Origin: Gaiellaceae bacterium
GTDB taxonomy: Bacteria; Actinomycetota; Thermoleophilia; Gaiellales; Gaiellaceae
Length of the DNA stretch: 64,000 nucleotides
Reading direction: 5' to 3'
Assembly: GCA_035707105.1 (NCBI GenBank)
Contig: DASSUI010000029.1
Coordinates: 32,985-96,984 of the forward strand
Shown here: positions 53,190 to 61,896 of the stretch, one piece after another
Position numbering within the stretch: the stretch's first letter is position 1
Layout of the letters: each line of letters opens with the position of its first letter
Notes under the pieces: model-generated
What the model was told of the DNA's origin: nothing
Database searches by the model: none
The model's input: the letters and a program-made list of their open reading frames with translations, nothing else
Position numbers and translations under genes: made by a program

Positions 53190-54740
53190 GTGGACGCGAA
53201 TCAGCCGCCGCCCCTCGAGGACTACAACCTCTTCACGGAGGACACGACGCTCGTCGAGGCCGTCCGGCGCGAGGGCGGCGCGTACGCGGAGGCGCGGCTC
53301 GAGAAGCTCGGCGGAGAGCTCGGTGGGGACGCGCTCGAGTGGGGGCGGCTCGCGAACGAGAACCCGCCCAGGCTGCGCACCCACGACCGCTTCGGCGAGC
53401 GCATCGACGAGGTCGAGTTCCACCCGGCGTGGCACGCGCTCGTACAGCTCGGAGTTGCGGCAGGCGTCCATGCGCTTCCCTGGCGAGAACCGCAGCCCGG
53501 CGCGCACGTCGCCCGCGCGGCGATGTTCGTGCTCGTCGGCCAGGTCGAAGCCGGCGTCTGCTGTCCGCTCTCGATGACCCATGCGGCGGTTCCGGCGCTG
53601 CGCCGCGAGCCCGAGCTGGCCGAGGAGTGGGAGCCGCGGCTCTCGTCCCTCGAATACGAGCCGCTGCTCCGGCAGGAGAAACGAAGCGCACTCGCCGGGA
53701 TGGCGTTGACCGAGCGGCAGGGCGGCTCGGACGTCCGTGCGAGCACGATGGTCGCGAAGCGGCTCTCGGGCGGCGAGGCCGAGCTCCACGGCGAGAAGTG
53801 GTTCTGTTCGGCGCCGATGTGCGACGCGTTCCTCGTTCTCGCGCAGGCGCCGGACGGGCTGTCCTGCTACCTCGTCCCGCGGCTCCTGCCCGGCGGCACG
53901 CGCAACCGCTTCCACATCCAGCGGCTCAAGGACAAGCTCGGCAACCGCTCGAACGCGTCCGCCGAGATCGAGCTTGCGGGCGCCTGGGGCCGCCTCGTGG
54001 GCGAGGAGGGACGCGGCGTTCCGACGATCGCGGAGATGATCAACCACACGCGGCTGGACTGCCTGCTCGGCTCGGCCGCCCTGATGCGCCGGGCGGTCGC
54101 CGAGGCGACCCACCACGCCGCGCACCGCTCGGCGTTCGGGAAGCTGCTCGCAGACCAGCCGCTGATGCAGAACGTGCTCGCCGACCTGTGCCTGGAGGCG
54201 GAGGCGGCCACCGCGACGGCGCTTCGGATCGCGCGCTCGTACGACGATGACGACGCCGCGTTCCGCCGGCTGGCGACCGCGGTCGGCAAGTACTGGCTCT
54301 GCAAGGTCGCGCCCGGGGTGGTCGGTGAGGCGCTCGAGTGCATCGGCGGCAACGGCTACGTCGAGGAGTCGGTCCTGCCCCGGCTCTACCGCGAGGCTCC
54401 CCTCAACTCGATCTGGGAAGGATCCGGCAACGTCAACGCCCTCGACGTCCTGCGCGTGCTCCGGAAGGAGCCCGACGCGCTGGAGCGGTTCCTGGCCGAG
54501 CTGGAGCCGGAGTTCCGGCCGGAGGTCGCGGACGCGGACGAGTTCGGCGCCCGCCGCCTCGTCGAGTCGTTGGCGCTCGCGCTCCAGGCGTCGCTGCTCA
54601 TTCGGCACGCGCCGCCGGAGGTCGCGGACGCCTTCGTGGCGACGCGCCTGCGCGCCGACCGCGGCCGCGCATATGGAACGCTTCCCGCCGGCGTCGATGC
54701 GACGGCGATTCTCGAGCGCCACCGGCCCCGCCTCCCGTAG
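53190..54740 (+). CDS. acyl-CoA dehydrogenase family protein (AidB-like)
   Basis: ORF 53055..54740, starting at GTG 53190. PPLEDYNLFTEDTTL...HPAWHAL...GGSDV...GGNGYVEE. Confidence 0.8.
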   Translation: MDANQPPPLEDYNLFTEDTTLVEAVRREGGAYAEARLEKLGGELGGDALEWGRLANENPPRLRTHDRFGERIDEVEFHPAWHALVQLGVAAGVHALPWREPQPGAHVARAAMFVLVGQVEAGVCCPLSMTHAAVPALRREPELAEEWEPRLSSLEYEPLLRQEKRSALAGMALTERQGGSDVRASTMVAKRLSGGEAELHGEKWFCSAPMCDAFLVLAQAPDGLSCYLVPRLLPGGTRNRFHIQRLKDKLGNRSNASAEIELAGAWGRLVGEEGRGVPTIAEMINHTRLDCLLGSAALMRRAVAEATHHAAHRSAFGKLLADQPLMQNVLADLCLEAEAATATALRIARSYDDDDAAFRRLATAVGKYWLCKVAPGVVGEALECIGGNGYVEESVLPRLYREAPLNSIWEGSGNVNALDVLRVLRKEPDALERFLAELEPEFRPEVADADEFGARRLVESLALALQASLLIRHAPPEVADAFVATRLRADRGRAYGTLPAGVDATAILERHRPRLP

Positions 54741-54747
54741 CCCGGGG

Positions 54748-55646
54748 TCAGCCGCGCCGCCGCGGCCGGTCCTCGGCGAGCACGAGGTCGAGCGAGCGGA
54801 TCCGCTCAGGATCGGCGATGAGGTCGATGGCCGTGATCCTCTCCTCGCTCGTGGTGAACCTCCAGACGACTCGGAGCCGGCCGCCCGGCGTCCAGGCCGC
54901 CGCCGCGACGCCGTTCAGCAGCGCCCTCCTCGCCCCCCGCGCGTAGCGCGCAAACTCCAGGACGCGGTCGGCGCCGCGGGTCTCCTTCGCCGCACCGAGC
55001 TCGACGGCGCGCTCGTCGGCGCGGAGGACGACATCCGGGTCGAGGACGGCGAGCAGCGCGTCGAAGTCACCGTTTCGGGCTGCGGCGAGGAACGCGTCGA
55101 CGAGCGCTGCCTGCCGAAGCCGATCCGCCTCCCGCGTGGCGTTCGCGTCCTGCTGCCGCACCCGTGCACGGGCGCGGCTCGCGAGCTGGCGCGTCGCCGG
55201 CGCGCTGCGGTCGACGATCGGGGCAATCCGGTCGAAGGGGATGCCGAAGACGTCGTGCAGGACGAACGCGACTCGCTCGGCAGGCGTGAGCGTCTCGAGG
55301 ACGACGAGCAGCGCGAGCCCGACGGATTCGGCGAGGAGCGCCTCGTGCTCGGGGTCGGTCTCGCGGGGTTCGGCGACGGGTTCCGGCAGGTCCGCGTCGG
55401 CGGCCGGCTGCGGCCGTGACCGCCGGGCCTGGAGCATGTTCAGGCACACCCGAGAGACGACCGTCGTGAGCCAGCTGCCGAGGTTGTCGACGTCGCTCGT
55501 ATCCGAGCGGCTGAAGCGCAGCCAGGCCTCCTGGACGGCGTCGTCGGCGTCGCTCGGGGAGCCGAGGATCCGGTATGCGATCGCCCGCAGCCGGGTGCGG
55601 TGCTCCTCGAAGCGCTCGGCCGGCCAGTCGCGTTCCTCGGTCGTCA
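54748..55646 (-). CDS. ECF sigma factor, ECF41/SigJ-like, with fused SnoaL-like C-terminal domain
   Basis: C-terminal part of ORF 54748..56616. GTG 55646 follows GGAAGGAGAA. Region 2: DADDAVQEAWLRF. Region 4: LTPAERVAFVLHDVFGIPFDRIAPIV. About 110 aa of extension. Confidence 0.85.
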
Positions 55647-55676
55647 CACTTTCTCCTTCCCGCCGGTCATACGGAT

Positions 55677-55703
55677 GACCGTCCGAATCCATCCGATGTG
55701 ACA
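55677..55703 (-). promoter_or_regulatory. ECF41-type promoter candidate (TGTCACA-N16-GGTC) facing the sigma gene
   Basis: Minus-strand reading: TGTCACATCGGATGGATTCGGACGGTC. It ends about 30 nt upstream of GTG 55646. Confidence 0.5.
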
Positions 55704-55719
55704 GAAGGGAGAAACCACC

Positions 55720-56568
55720 ATGGAGACAACGACGTTGGTCACCGGCGGCACGGGGACGCTCGGGCGTCTCGTCGTCCCGCGGCTCCGCGACGCCGGCCAC
55801 ACCGTACGCGTGCTGAGCAGGAGTAGCCGGAAGGCTGCGGAGGGCACCGAGCTCGTGACCGGCGACCTGGACACCGGTGAGGGGATCGGGGCCGCGGTCG
55901 ACGGTGCGGAGGTCGTGGTGCACCTCGCCGGAAGCGCCAAGGGCGACGAGGTCAAGGCCGAGAACCTGGTTCGGGCTGCCTCCCGGGCCGGGACGGTGCG
56001 GCACCTCGTGCACATCTCGGTCGTCGGAGCGGACCGAGTCCCGGTCGTGAGCGGCGTCGACCGCACGATGTTCGGTTACTTCGCGTCCAAGCTCGGCGCC
56101 GAGCGCTTGGTGGCGGACTCCGGCCTGCCGTTGACGATACTCCGCGCCACGCAGTTCCACGACCTCGTGCTGAAGACCGTGCAGGGGATGGCCAAGCTGC
56201 CGGTGATCCCCGTACCGTCGGGGTTCCGGTTCCAGCCCGTGGACACCGACGAGGTCGCGGCCCGGCTGGTGGAGCTCGCGCTCGCGTCCCCGGCCGGCCT
56301 GGTGCCCGACCTCGCCGGGCCGCGGATCCACACGATGGCCGAGCTCGTCCGCGGCTACCTGCGGGCCCGTGGCAAGCGCCGGCTGCTCGTGCCGGTCCGG
56401 CTCCCGGGCAAGGCCGCACGCGCGTTCCGCGCTGGGGCGAATCTCGCTCCCGACCGGGCGGTTGGTCGCCGAACGTGGGAGGAGTTCCTGGCCGAGCGGC
56501 TGACCCCGCCGAACCCCGGCTCGCCGGCGGGCGCCAGAGCCTCGGGTACCGTCGGCACCACACGGTGA
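55720..56568 (+). CDS. NAD(P)-binding SDR/NmrA-like protein
   Basis: 282 aa with a Rossmann motif LVTGGTGTLGRLV. Divergent from the ECF41 sigma gene. Confidence 0.85.
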   Translation: METTTLVTGGTGTLGRLVVPRLRDAGHTVRVLSRSSRKAAEGTELVTGDLDTGEGIGAAVDGAEVVVHLAGSAKGDEVKAENLVRAASRAGTVRHLVHISVVGADRVPVVSGVDRTMFGYFASKLGAERLVADSGLPLTILRATQFHDLVLKTVQGMAKLPVIPVPSGFRFQPVDTDEVAARLVELALASPAGLVPDLAGPRIHTMAELVRGYLRARGKRRLLVPVRLPGKAARAFRAGANLAPDRAVGRRTWEEFLAERLTPPNPGSPAGARASGTVGTTR

Positions 56569-56691
56569 TCGGCCCGTCCTCGGCCGCAACCGGTAATCGA
56601 ACGGTCCCTCGTCCACTCAGCGCGGCCGGCCGACGCGGCTCCTGCTACGGTATTGGTCAGGTTAGAGCGAGTTCGGTTTGCGTTTTCGGCG

Positions 56692-56733
56692 CCTTCCTCA
56701 CCCGTTCGTGACGTTGTGAGGGAGGTGTTTTTT
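56692..56733 (+). promoter_or_regulatory. csp leader hairpin that sequesters the RBS, followed by a U-tract
   Basis: CCTTCCTCAC (56692..56701) pairs with GTGAGGGAGG (56716..56725; one G-U pair). TGTTTTTTC follows, then ATG 56735. Confidence 0.45.
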
Positions 56734-56734
56734 C

Positions 56735-56941
56735 ATGGCAAACGGAACCGTCAAGTGGTTCAACGACAGCAAGGGCTACGGCTTCATCACTCCCGATGAA
56801 GGCTCGAAGGACCTGTTCGTGCACCACAGCAGCATCGCCGGCGAGGGCTTCAAGTCGCTCGCCGAGGGCGCCCGGGTCTCGTTCGAGGAGCGCGAGGGCT
56901 CGAAGGGTCCCGAGGCGACGAACGTGGCTCCGGTCGCGTAG
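56735..56941 (+). CDS. cspA: cold-shock protein (CspA family)
   Basis: 68 aa. RNP1 KGYGFI and RNP2 DLFVHHS. Confidence 0.95.
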   Translation: MANGTVKWFNDSKGYGFITPDEGSKDLFVHHSSIAGEGFKSLAEGARVSFEEREGSKGPEATNVAPVA

Positions 56942-57003
56942 CTCGTGCGTGCGGGCCGCGGCCGTGCGGCCGCGGCCTCACCCGTCTAGTGAACGGAGCG
57001 ACG

Positions 57004-57225
57004 ATGAGCGAAAAGGGTGAGAAGGTCGAGTTGGACGGCGAGGTCACCGAGGCGCTGCGCGGGCGGATGTTCCGCATCCGGCTCGACAACGGCCACGAGA
57101 CGCTCGGCTACCTCGGCGGACGGATGAAGCGGTACCGGATCCGCGTGATGCTCGGCGACCGCGTGCGGATCGAGCTTTCCCCGTACGACCTGAACCGCGG
57201 CCGGATCGTGTATCGGCATGCTTGA
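57004..57225 (+). CDS. infA: translation initiation factor IF-1-like protein (divergent paralog)
   Basis: ORF 56989..57225. ATG 57004 follows GGAG. MFRIRLDNGHETLGYLGGRMKRYRIRVMLGDRVRIELSPYDLNRGRIVYRH matches the IF-1 S1 fold. It is not located in a ribosomal-protein cluster. Confidence 0.75.
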   Translation: MSEKGEKVELDGEVTEALRGRMFRIRLDNGHETLGYLGGRMKRYRIRVMLGDRVRIELSPYDLNRGRIVYRHA

Positions 57226-57472
57226 CGGGCTTCCGGTTCGTGTGCGCGGGACGATGCTCTGGTTCAACGAGGAGAAGGACTTCGGCGCGCTGCAGACGGA
57301 CGACGGCGAGCGGATCGAGGTCCCGGGCACCGCGTTCGCGGCCGGCGAGAAGCCGGTCGGACGCTGTGCCGGCAGGGTGATCGAGTTCGAGGCGGTCGCG
57401 GGCGCCGTGGCGGGGGTCGCGTTCGTCCCGGAGCCGAACCCGCGAAGAGCCCGGCCGCGGAACCGCCGCTAG
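57218..57472 (+). CDS. degenerate cold-shock-domain-like protein
   Basis: 84 aa. GTMLWFNEEKDFGALQTDDGERIEVP resembles the CSD N-terminus, but RNP1 is altered (KDFGAL) and no RNP2 is present. Overlaps the infA-like stop by 8 nt. Confidence 0.5.
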   Translation: MLDGLPVRVRGTMLWFNEEKDFGALQTDDGERIEVPGTAFAAGEKPVGRCAGRVIEFEAVAGAVAGVAFVPEPNPRRARPRNRR

Positions 57473-57566
57473 ACGGCGAGCGCCGTCGGGCGGCCCTCGC
57501 GTTGCACCCACTCCGGTCGGCGCGAACCAACCCGCGCAGCACGAGCCGAGCTGCAACGCTTGCTCC

Positions 57567-58241
57567 ATGGCCACGTTCGTGCTGATCCACGGGGCCGGCG
57601 ACGTCGGCTGGTACTGGCATCTGGCCGGCGCCGACCTGCAGGCGCGAGGCCACGAGGTCGTGGCGCCGGACCTTCCCTGCGACGACGACTCGGCCGGACT
57701 CTCGGAGTACGCCGACGCCGTCGTCGACGCGATCGGCGACCGCTCGGAGCTCGTCGTCGTCGCGCAGTCCTTCGGCGCCTTCACCGCGCCGCTCGTCTGC
57801 GAGCGTACCCCCGTCGAGCTGCTCGCGCTCGTCGCCGCGCTGGTTCCCGCGCCCGGCGAGACGGCGCAGGAGTGGTGGACGAACACCGGATACGAGCCGG
57901 TGCAAGGCGACTGGTCCGGCGACGAGCGCGCCGTCTTCTACCACGACGTTCCCCCGGCGCTGGCGACGGAGGCGCTGGCGCGCGGACGCGCGCAGTCGGA
58001 CACGCCCGCGAGGGAGCCGTGGCCGCTCGAGGCGTGGCCCGCAGTGCCGACGCGGTTCTTGCTGTGTCGCGACGACCGCCTCCTTCCGGCCGACTTCCTG
58101 CGCCGCGTCGTACGAGAGCGTCTCGGCATCGAGCCTGACGAGATCGACGGAGGGCACTGCATCGCGCTCAGCCGCCCGGCGGAGCTGGCGGAGCGTCTGC
58201 ACGGCTACTACGCCTCGCAGCCGGCGCGCCGGGAGCCCTGA
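57567..58241 (+). CDS. alpha/beta hydrolase
   Basis: 224 aa. FVLIHGAG, nucleophile elbow VAQSFGA, C-terminal GGHC. Confidence 0.8.
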   Translation: MATFVLIHGAGDVGWYWHLAGADLQARGHEVVAPDLPCDDDSAGLSEYADAVVDAIGDRSELVVVAQSFGAFTAPLVCERTPVELLALVAALVPAPGETAQEWWTNTGYEPVQGDWSGDERAVFYHDVPPALATEALARGRAQSDTPAREPWPLEAWPAVPTRFLLCRDDRLLPADFLRRVVRERLGIEPDEIDGGHCIALSRPAELAERLHGYYASQPARREP

Positions 58242-58407
58242 CGCTCCCGGCGCGCGCTGCAACTTCCAGCGCCACCCTGTCCTCTGGACGCTCCTGAGCC
58301 AGCTCTGGGTTCGCTAGGCAAGGCGCGCTCGCTTCGGCCGCTGGGGTGTCCCCTTTCGCGGTGTACGTTCGTCGTAGAGGCGGGAACCCGCTCCAGAGGA
58401 GGAGACC

Positions 58408-58752
58408 ATGAAGTACCTGCTTCAGATCTACCCGGGCCCCGCGACGGCTGAGGTCGAGCGGCTTTCTGCGCACGAGCAGGAGGCCATCCTCGGCGAGTAC
58501 ATGGCCATCCGGCAGTCTCCCGGCGTCATCGGCGGCGAACGGCTGCAGCCGGTCGAGACAGCGACCACCGTGCGCGTTCAGAACGGAGAAACGCTGCTCA
58601 CGGACGGTCCCTTCGTCGACGCGAAGGAGCACCTCGGGGGCTATTACCTCGTCGAGGCGGGCGATCTCGACGGGGCGCTAGAGATCGCCGCGCGGATCCC
58701 GGCCGCGCGGATGGGCGGCGCGGTCGAGGTGCGCCCGCTGGTGGAGAGGTAG
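58408..58752 (+). CDS. YciI/DGPF-domain family protein
   Basis: 114 aa. MKYLLQIY...[36 protein letters not shown]. Confidence 0.85.
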   Translation: MKYLLQIYPGPATAEVERLSAHEQEAILGEYMAIRQSPGVIGGERLQPVETATTVRVQNGETLLTDGPFVDAKEHLGGYYLVEAGDLDGALEIAARIPAARMGGAVEVRPLVER

Positions 58753-58754
58753 CG

Positions 58755-59918
58755 CTGCTCGAGCAGGTCTTCCGCGACGAGTGGGGCCGCGTACTCGCCA
58801 GCCTGGTCGGCTTCCTCCGCGACTTCGACCTCGCCGAGGAGTCCGCGCAGGAGGCGTTCGCAATCGCGGCCCAGCGCTGGCCCCGGGAGGGCACCCCGCC
58901 CAACCCGGGCGCTTGGCTGACGATCACCGCCCGCAATCGAGCCATCGACCGCCTGCGCCGCGACCGCGTACTCGCAGAGAAGACACGCCTGCTCGAGGTG
59001 CCCGAGGCCGTGGAGGACGAGATGGACGAGACGACCTTTCCCGACGAGCGGCTGGAGCTGATCTTCACCTGCTGCCATCCGTCACTCGCCCTCGAGGCCC
59101 AGGTCGCCCTGACATTGCGCGCGCTCGGCGGTCTGACCACGGAGGAGATCGCGCGCGCCTTCCTCGTCCCCGAAGAGACGATGAAGCGGCGGCTCTCGCG
59201 GGCGAAGCGGAAGATCAAGGACGCCGGCATTCCGTTCAGCATTCCGGCCGACCACCTCCTGCCGGAGCGGCTCGCAGCCGTGCTCGCGGTCGTGTATCTG
59301 ATCTTCAACGAGGGTTACGGCGGCCGCGGCGACCTGGCGGCGGAGGCGCTCCGGCTCGGCGCGGCGCTCGCCGAGTTGATGCCCGACGAGCCCGAGGTGC
59401 ACGGCCTGCAGGCGCTGATGCTGCTCGACGACGCGCGTCGCGACGCCCGCTTCGAAGGTGGTGAGCTCGTGCTGCTCGCAGACCAGGACCGCTCGCGCTG
59501 GGACGCCGGCAAGATCGCACGCGGCCGCGATGCGCTCGCGCGCGCCTTCGCGCTGGGAGGCAGGGGCCCGTACGTCGTGCAGGCGGCGATCGCGTCGCTC
59601 CACATGGAGGAGCCGAAGGACTGGCCGCAGATCGCCGCGCTCTACGGCGAGCTCGCTCGTCTGACCGGCTCTGCGGTCGTGGAGCTGAACCGGGCGATCG
59701 CGGTGGCCGAGGCGGACGGGACGGAGGCCGGGCTCGCCCTGGTCGAGCGGCTCGACCTCGACGGCTACCAGTACTTCCACTCGACGCGAGCCGACCTGCT
59801 CCGCCGACTCGGTCGAACGGACGAGGCGCGCGCGGAGTACGAACGCGCGCTCGGGCTCGCGCACAGCGAGCCGGAACGCCGCTTCTTGCGGCGGCGCGTC
59901 GCAGAGATCCGCGGATAG
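58755..59918 (+). CDS. ECF-type sigma factor with long C-terminal (TPR-like) extension; start codon unresolved
   Basis: Region 2 ([39 protein letters not shown]...[17 protein letters not shown]) lies upstream of the ORF-track start at 58998. Frame 0 has no ATG/GTG/TTG between the stop at 58449 and 58998. The only near-cognate codon is CTG 58755. Confidence 0.7.
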   Translation: MLEQVFRDEWGRVLASLVGFLRDFDLAEESAQEAFAIAAQRWPREGTPPNPGAWLTITARNRAIDRLRRDRVLAEKTRLLEVPEAVEDEMDETTFPDERLELIFTCCHPSLALEAQVALTLRALGGLTTEEIARAFLVPEETMKRRLSRAKRKIKDAGIPFSIPADHLLPERLAAVLAVVYLIFNEGYGGRGDLAAEALRLGAALAELMPDEPEVHGLQALMLLDDARRDARFEGGELVLLADQDRSRWDAGKIARGRDALARAFALGGRGPYVVQAAIASLHMEEPKDWPQIAALYGELARLTGSAVVELNRAIAVAEADGTEAGLALVERLDLDGYQYFHSTRADLLRRLGRTDEARAEYERALGLAHSEPERRFLRRRVAEIRG

Positions 59919-60086
59919 GCGTCAGAGATCCGGGTGCGGTGTCCCCTCCCGCGCGTCAGCTTCGTCGTGTTGACGAGACCAACCAAGGAGGACCCACGTG
60001 AACGACACCACACTCGGCGCCGATCCTCCTCCGCCGCCTCTCTCGCACATTCCGTGAGGGAAATCACAGGGATCGGATGAACAGAC

Positions 60087-60257
60087 ATCGCACCGTGGCT
60101 CGCCCCGGTAGCGGCTACCGCCCTGGCGACGATGATGGTGCTGGCCGCGCTGACGCACGTTCGGCGCAACGAGCCGGCCGGAATCGTCGTGGCTCTGGTG
60201 CTGGCCGGGATCGCGGTGTTCATCGCGTGGGGTCGCTTCGGCCCCCATCAGTTCTGA
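60087..60257 (+). pseudogene. DoxX-family C-terminal remnant
   Basis: IAPWLAPVAATALATMMVLAALTHVRRNEPAGIVVALVLAGIAVFIAWGRFGP looks like the last two helices of DoxX proteins. An in-frame TGA lies immediately upstream, and no N-terminal half is present. Confidence 0.4.
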
Positions 60258-60328
60258 ACTTCCAGGGGTCTGTCCCCTTCAGCCCTTGTCGCTCGTGGTC
60301 ATGACGACACCACGTGAGGAGGAGAGAA

Positions 60329-61786
60329 GTGAACGACACCGCACTCGCATCCAGTCACAGGAAGTGGTACGCGCTGGGGCTTCTCTGCGCTGTGCAGTTC
60401 ATGGTCGTGCTCGACGTGTCGATCGTGAACGTCGCGCTGCCCTCGATTCAGCTCGACCTGGGCTTCTCGCAGGAGAACCTGCAGTGGGTGATCAGCGCCT
60501 ACGCGCTCGTCTTCGGCGGGTTTCTCCTGCTCGGCGGCCGCGTGGCCGACATCCTCGGCCGGCGGGGAGTGTTCATGGGCGGCCTCGTCGTCTTCACCGC
60601 CGGGTCGCTCCTCTGCGGGCTCGCCTGGAGTGACGAATCGCTGCTCGGCGCACGGGCGATCCAGGGGCTCGGCGCGGCCACGATCGCGCCCTCGGCGCTC
60701 TCGATCCTGACCACGACGTTCGGCGAGGGGCGAGAGCGGAACATCGCGCTCGGCGCCTGGGGCGCGGTCGGCGGCTTTGGCGCTGCCGCCGGCGTCCTGC
60801 TCGGCGGGATCCTCACCGACCTGCTCTCCTGGGAGTGGGTCTTCTTCGTGAACGTCCCCGTCGGCGTCGTCGGCCTCGGGCTCGCCCCGCTCCTGCTGTC
60901 GGAGAGCCGCGACGCGCACGGGCAGAGCCACGATTTCCCGGGCGCCGTGCTGGTCACCTTCGGGCTCGTCCTGCTCGTGCTCGGGATCACGCAGGGGCGA
61001 CAGTGGGAGTGGAGCTCGGTGAAGACGATCGGCGTCTTCGCGGGCGCCGCCGTGTTGCTCGCGGCCTTCGCCCTCTGGGAGCGGCGGCAACGTGAGCCGC
61101 TCGTCCCGTTCTCCATCTTCCGCTTGCAGACGCTGGCGGCGGCGAACGTGGCCGGCTTGATCATGGGCACGGCCATGTTCTCGATGTTCCTGATGCTCAC
61201 CCTGTACATGCAGCAGGTGCTCGGCTTCTCGCCTCTGAAGACCGGCGTCGGGTATCTCGCGGTCGCGGGCACGGCCGTCGTCTGGGCGAACGTCGCCGCG
61301 CAGTGCGTGAATCGGATCGGGGTCAAGCCGGTACTGATCTTCGGGATGAGCATGCTGACGGCCGGCCTCCTCTATTTCACGCAGGTCTCCGTCGGCGGCT
61401 CCTACTGGGCCGATCTCTTCCCCGGCTTCCTCGTCCTGGGGATCGCGCTCCCCTTCGCGTTCGTGCCGATCACGATCGCGGCGCTGGCAGGGACGAGGCC
61501 GCAGGAGGCGGGGCTCGCCTCGGGGCTGATCAACACCTCACAGCAGATCGGAGGCGCCGTCGGCATCGCTCTGCTGTCGACCATCGCCGTCTCGACGACG
61601 GACGACCAGCTCGCGAGCGGAACGACGATGCCCACCGCGCTCACCGACGGCTTCGTGAACGCGTTCTGGGCCGGAGCGGCGATCGCCTTCGCCGGGGTCC
61701 TCGTCTCCATCTTCCTCGTCCGCGGACGCGATCTCCGTCTGTCGGAGGCGGCGGTCCCGGAGCCCGCGCTCAAAGAGGCGGCGTAG
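60329..61786 (+). CDS. MFS transporter, DHA2 (EmrB/QacA) type
   Basis: ORF 60314..61786. GTG 60329 follows GAGGAGGAG. 14-TM pattern with GGRVADILGRR (motif A). Confidence 0.9.
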   Translation: MNDTALASSHRKWYALGLLCAVQFMVVLDVSIVNVALPSIQLDLGFSQENLQWVISAYALVFGGFLLLGGRVADILGRRGVFMGGLVVFTAGSLLCGLAWSDESLLGARAIQGLGAATIAPSALSILTTTFGEGRERNIALGAWGAVGGFGAAAGVLLGGILTDLLSWEWVFFVNVPVGVVGLGLAPLLLSESRDAHGQSHDFPGAVLVTFGLVLLVLGITQGRQWEWSSVKTIGVFAGAAVLLAAFALWERRQREPLVPFSIFRLQTLAAANVAGLIMGTAMFSMFLMLTLYMQQVLGFSPLKTGVGYLAVAGTAVVWANVAAQCVNRIGVKPVLIFGMSMLTAGLLYFTQVSVGGSYWADLFPGFLVLGIALPFAFVPITIAALAGTRPQEAGLASGLINTSQQIGGAVGIALLSTIAVSTTDDQLASGTTMPTALTDGFVNAFWAGAAIAFAGVLVSIFLVRGRDLRLSEAAVPEPALKEAA

Positions 61787-61812
61787 ACGCGAGCTCGTCT
61801 GTTGCGGACATC

Positions 61813-61846
61813 CCGAGTCCCGCGGCCCCCGGTTCGCGGGACTCGG
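61813..61846. terminator. 12-bp perfect hairpin between convergent genes
   Basis: CCGAGTCCCGCG (61813..61824) pairs with CGCGGGACTCGG (61835..61846). Confidence 0.5.
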
Positions 61847-61896
61847 CCGCGCAACGGGGCGGCAACCGGTCGCAACCAGCGGGTAACACTCTTCGC

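Noticed and set aside
56954-56977. A self-complementary GC hairpin (GGCCGCGGCC GTGC GGCCGCGGCC) between cspA and the IF-1-like gene, considered as an intrinsic terminator.
   Set aside because: No U-tract follows it. It may simply be an mRNA-stabilising stem or a partial attenuator. It is mentioned in the OB-fold cluster finding but not called as a terminator feature.
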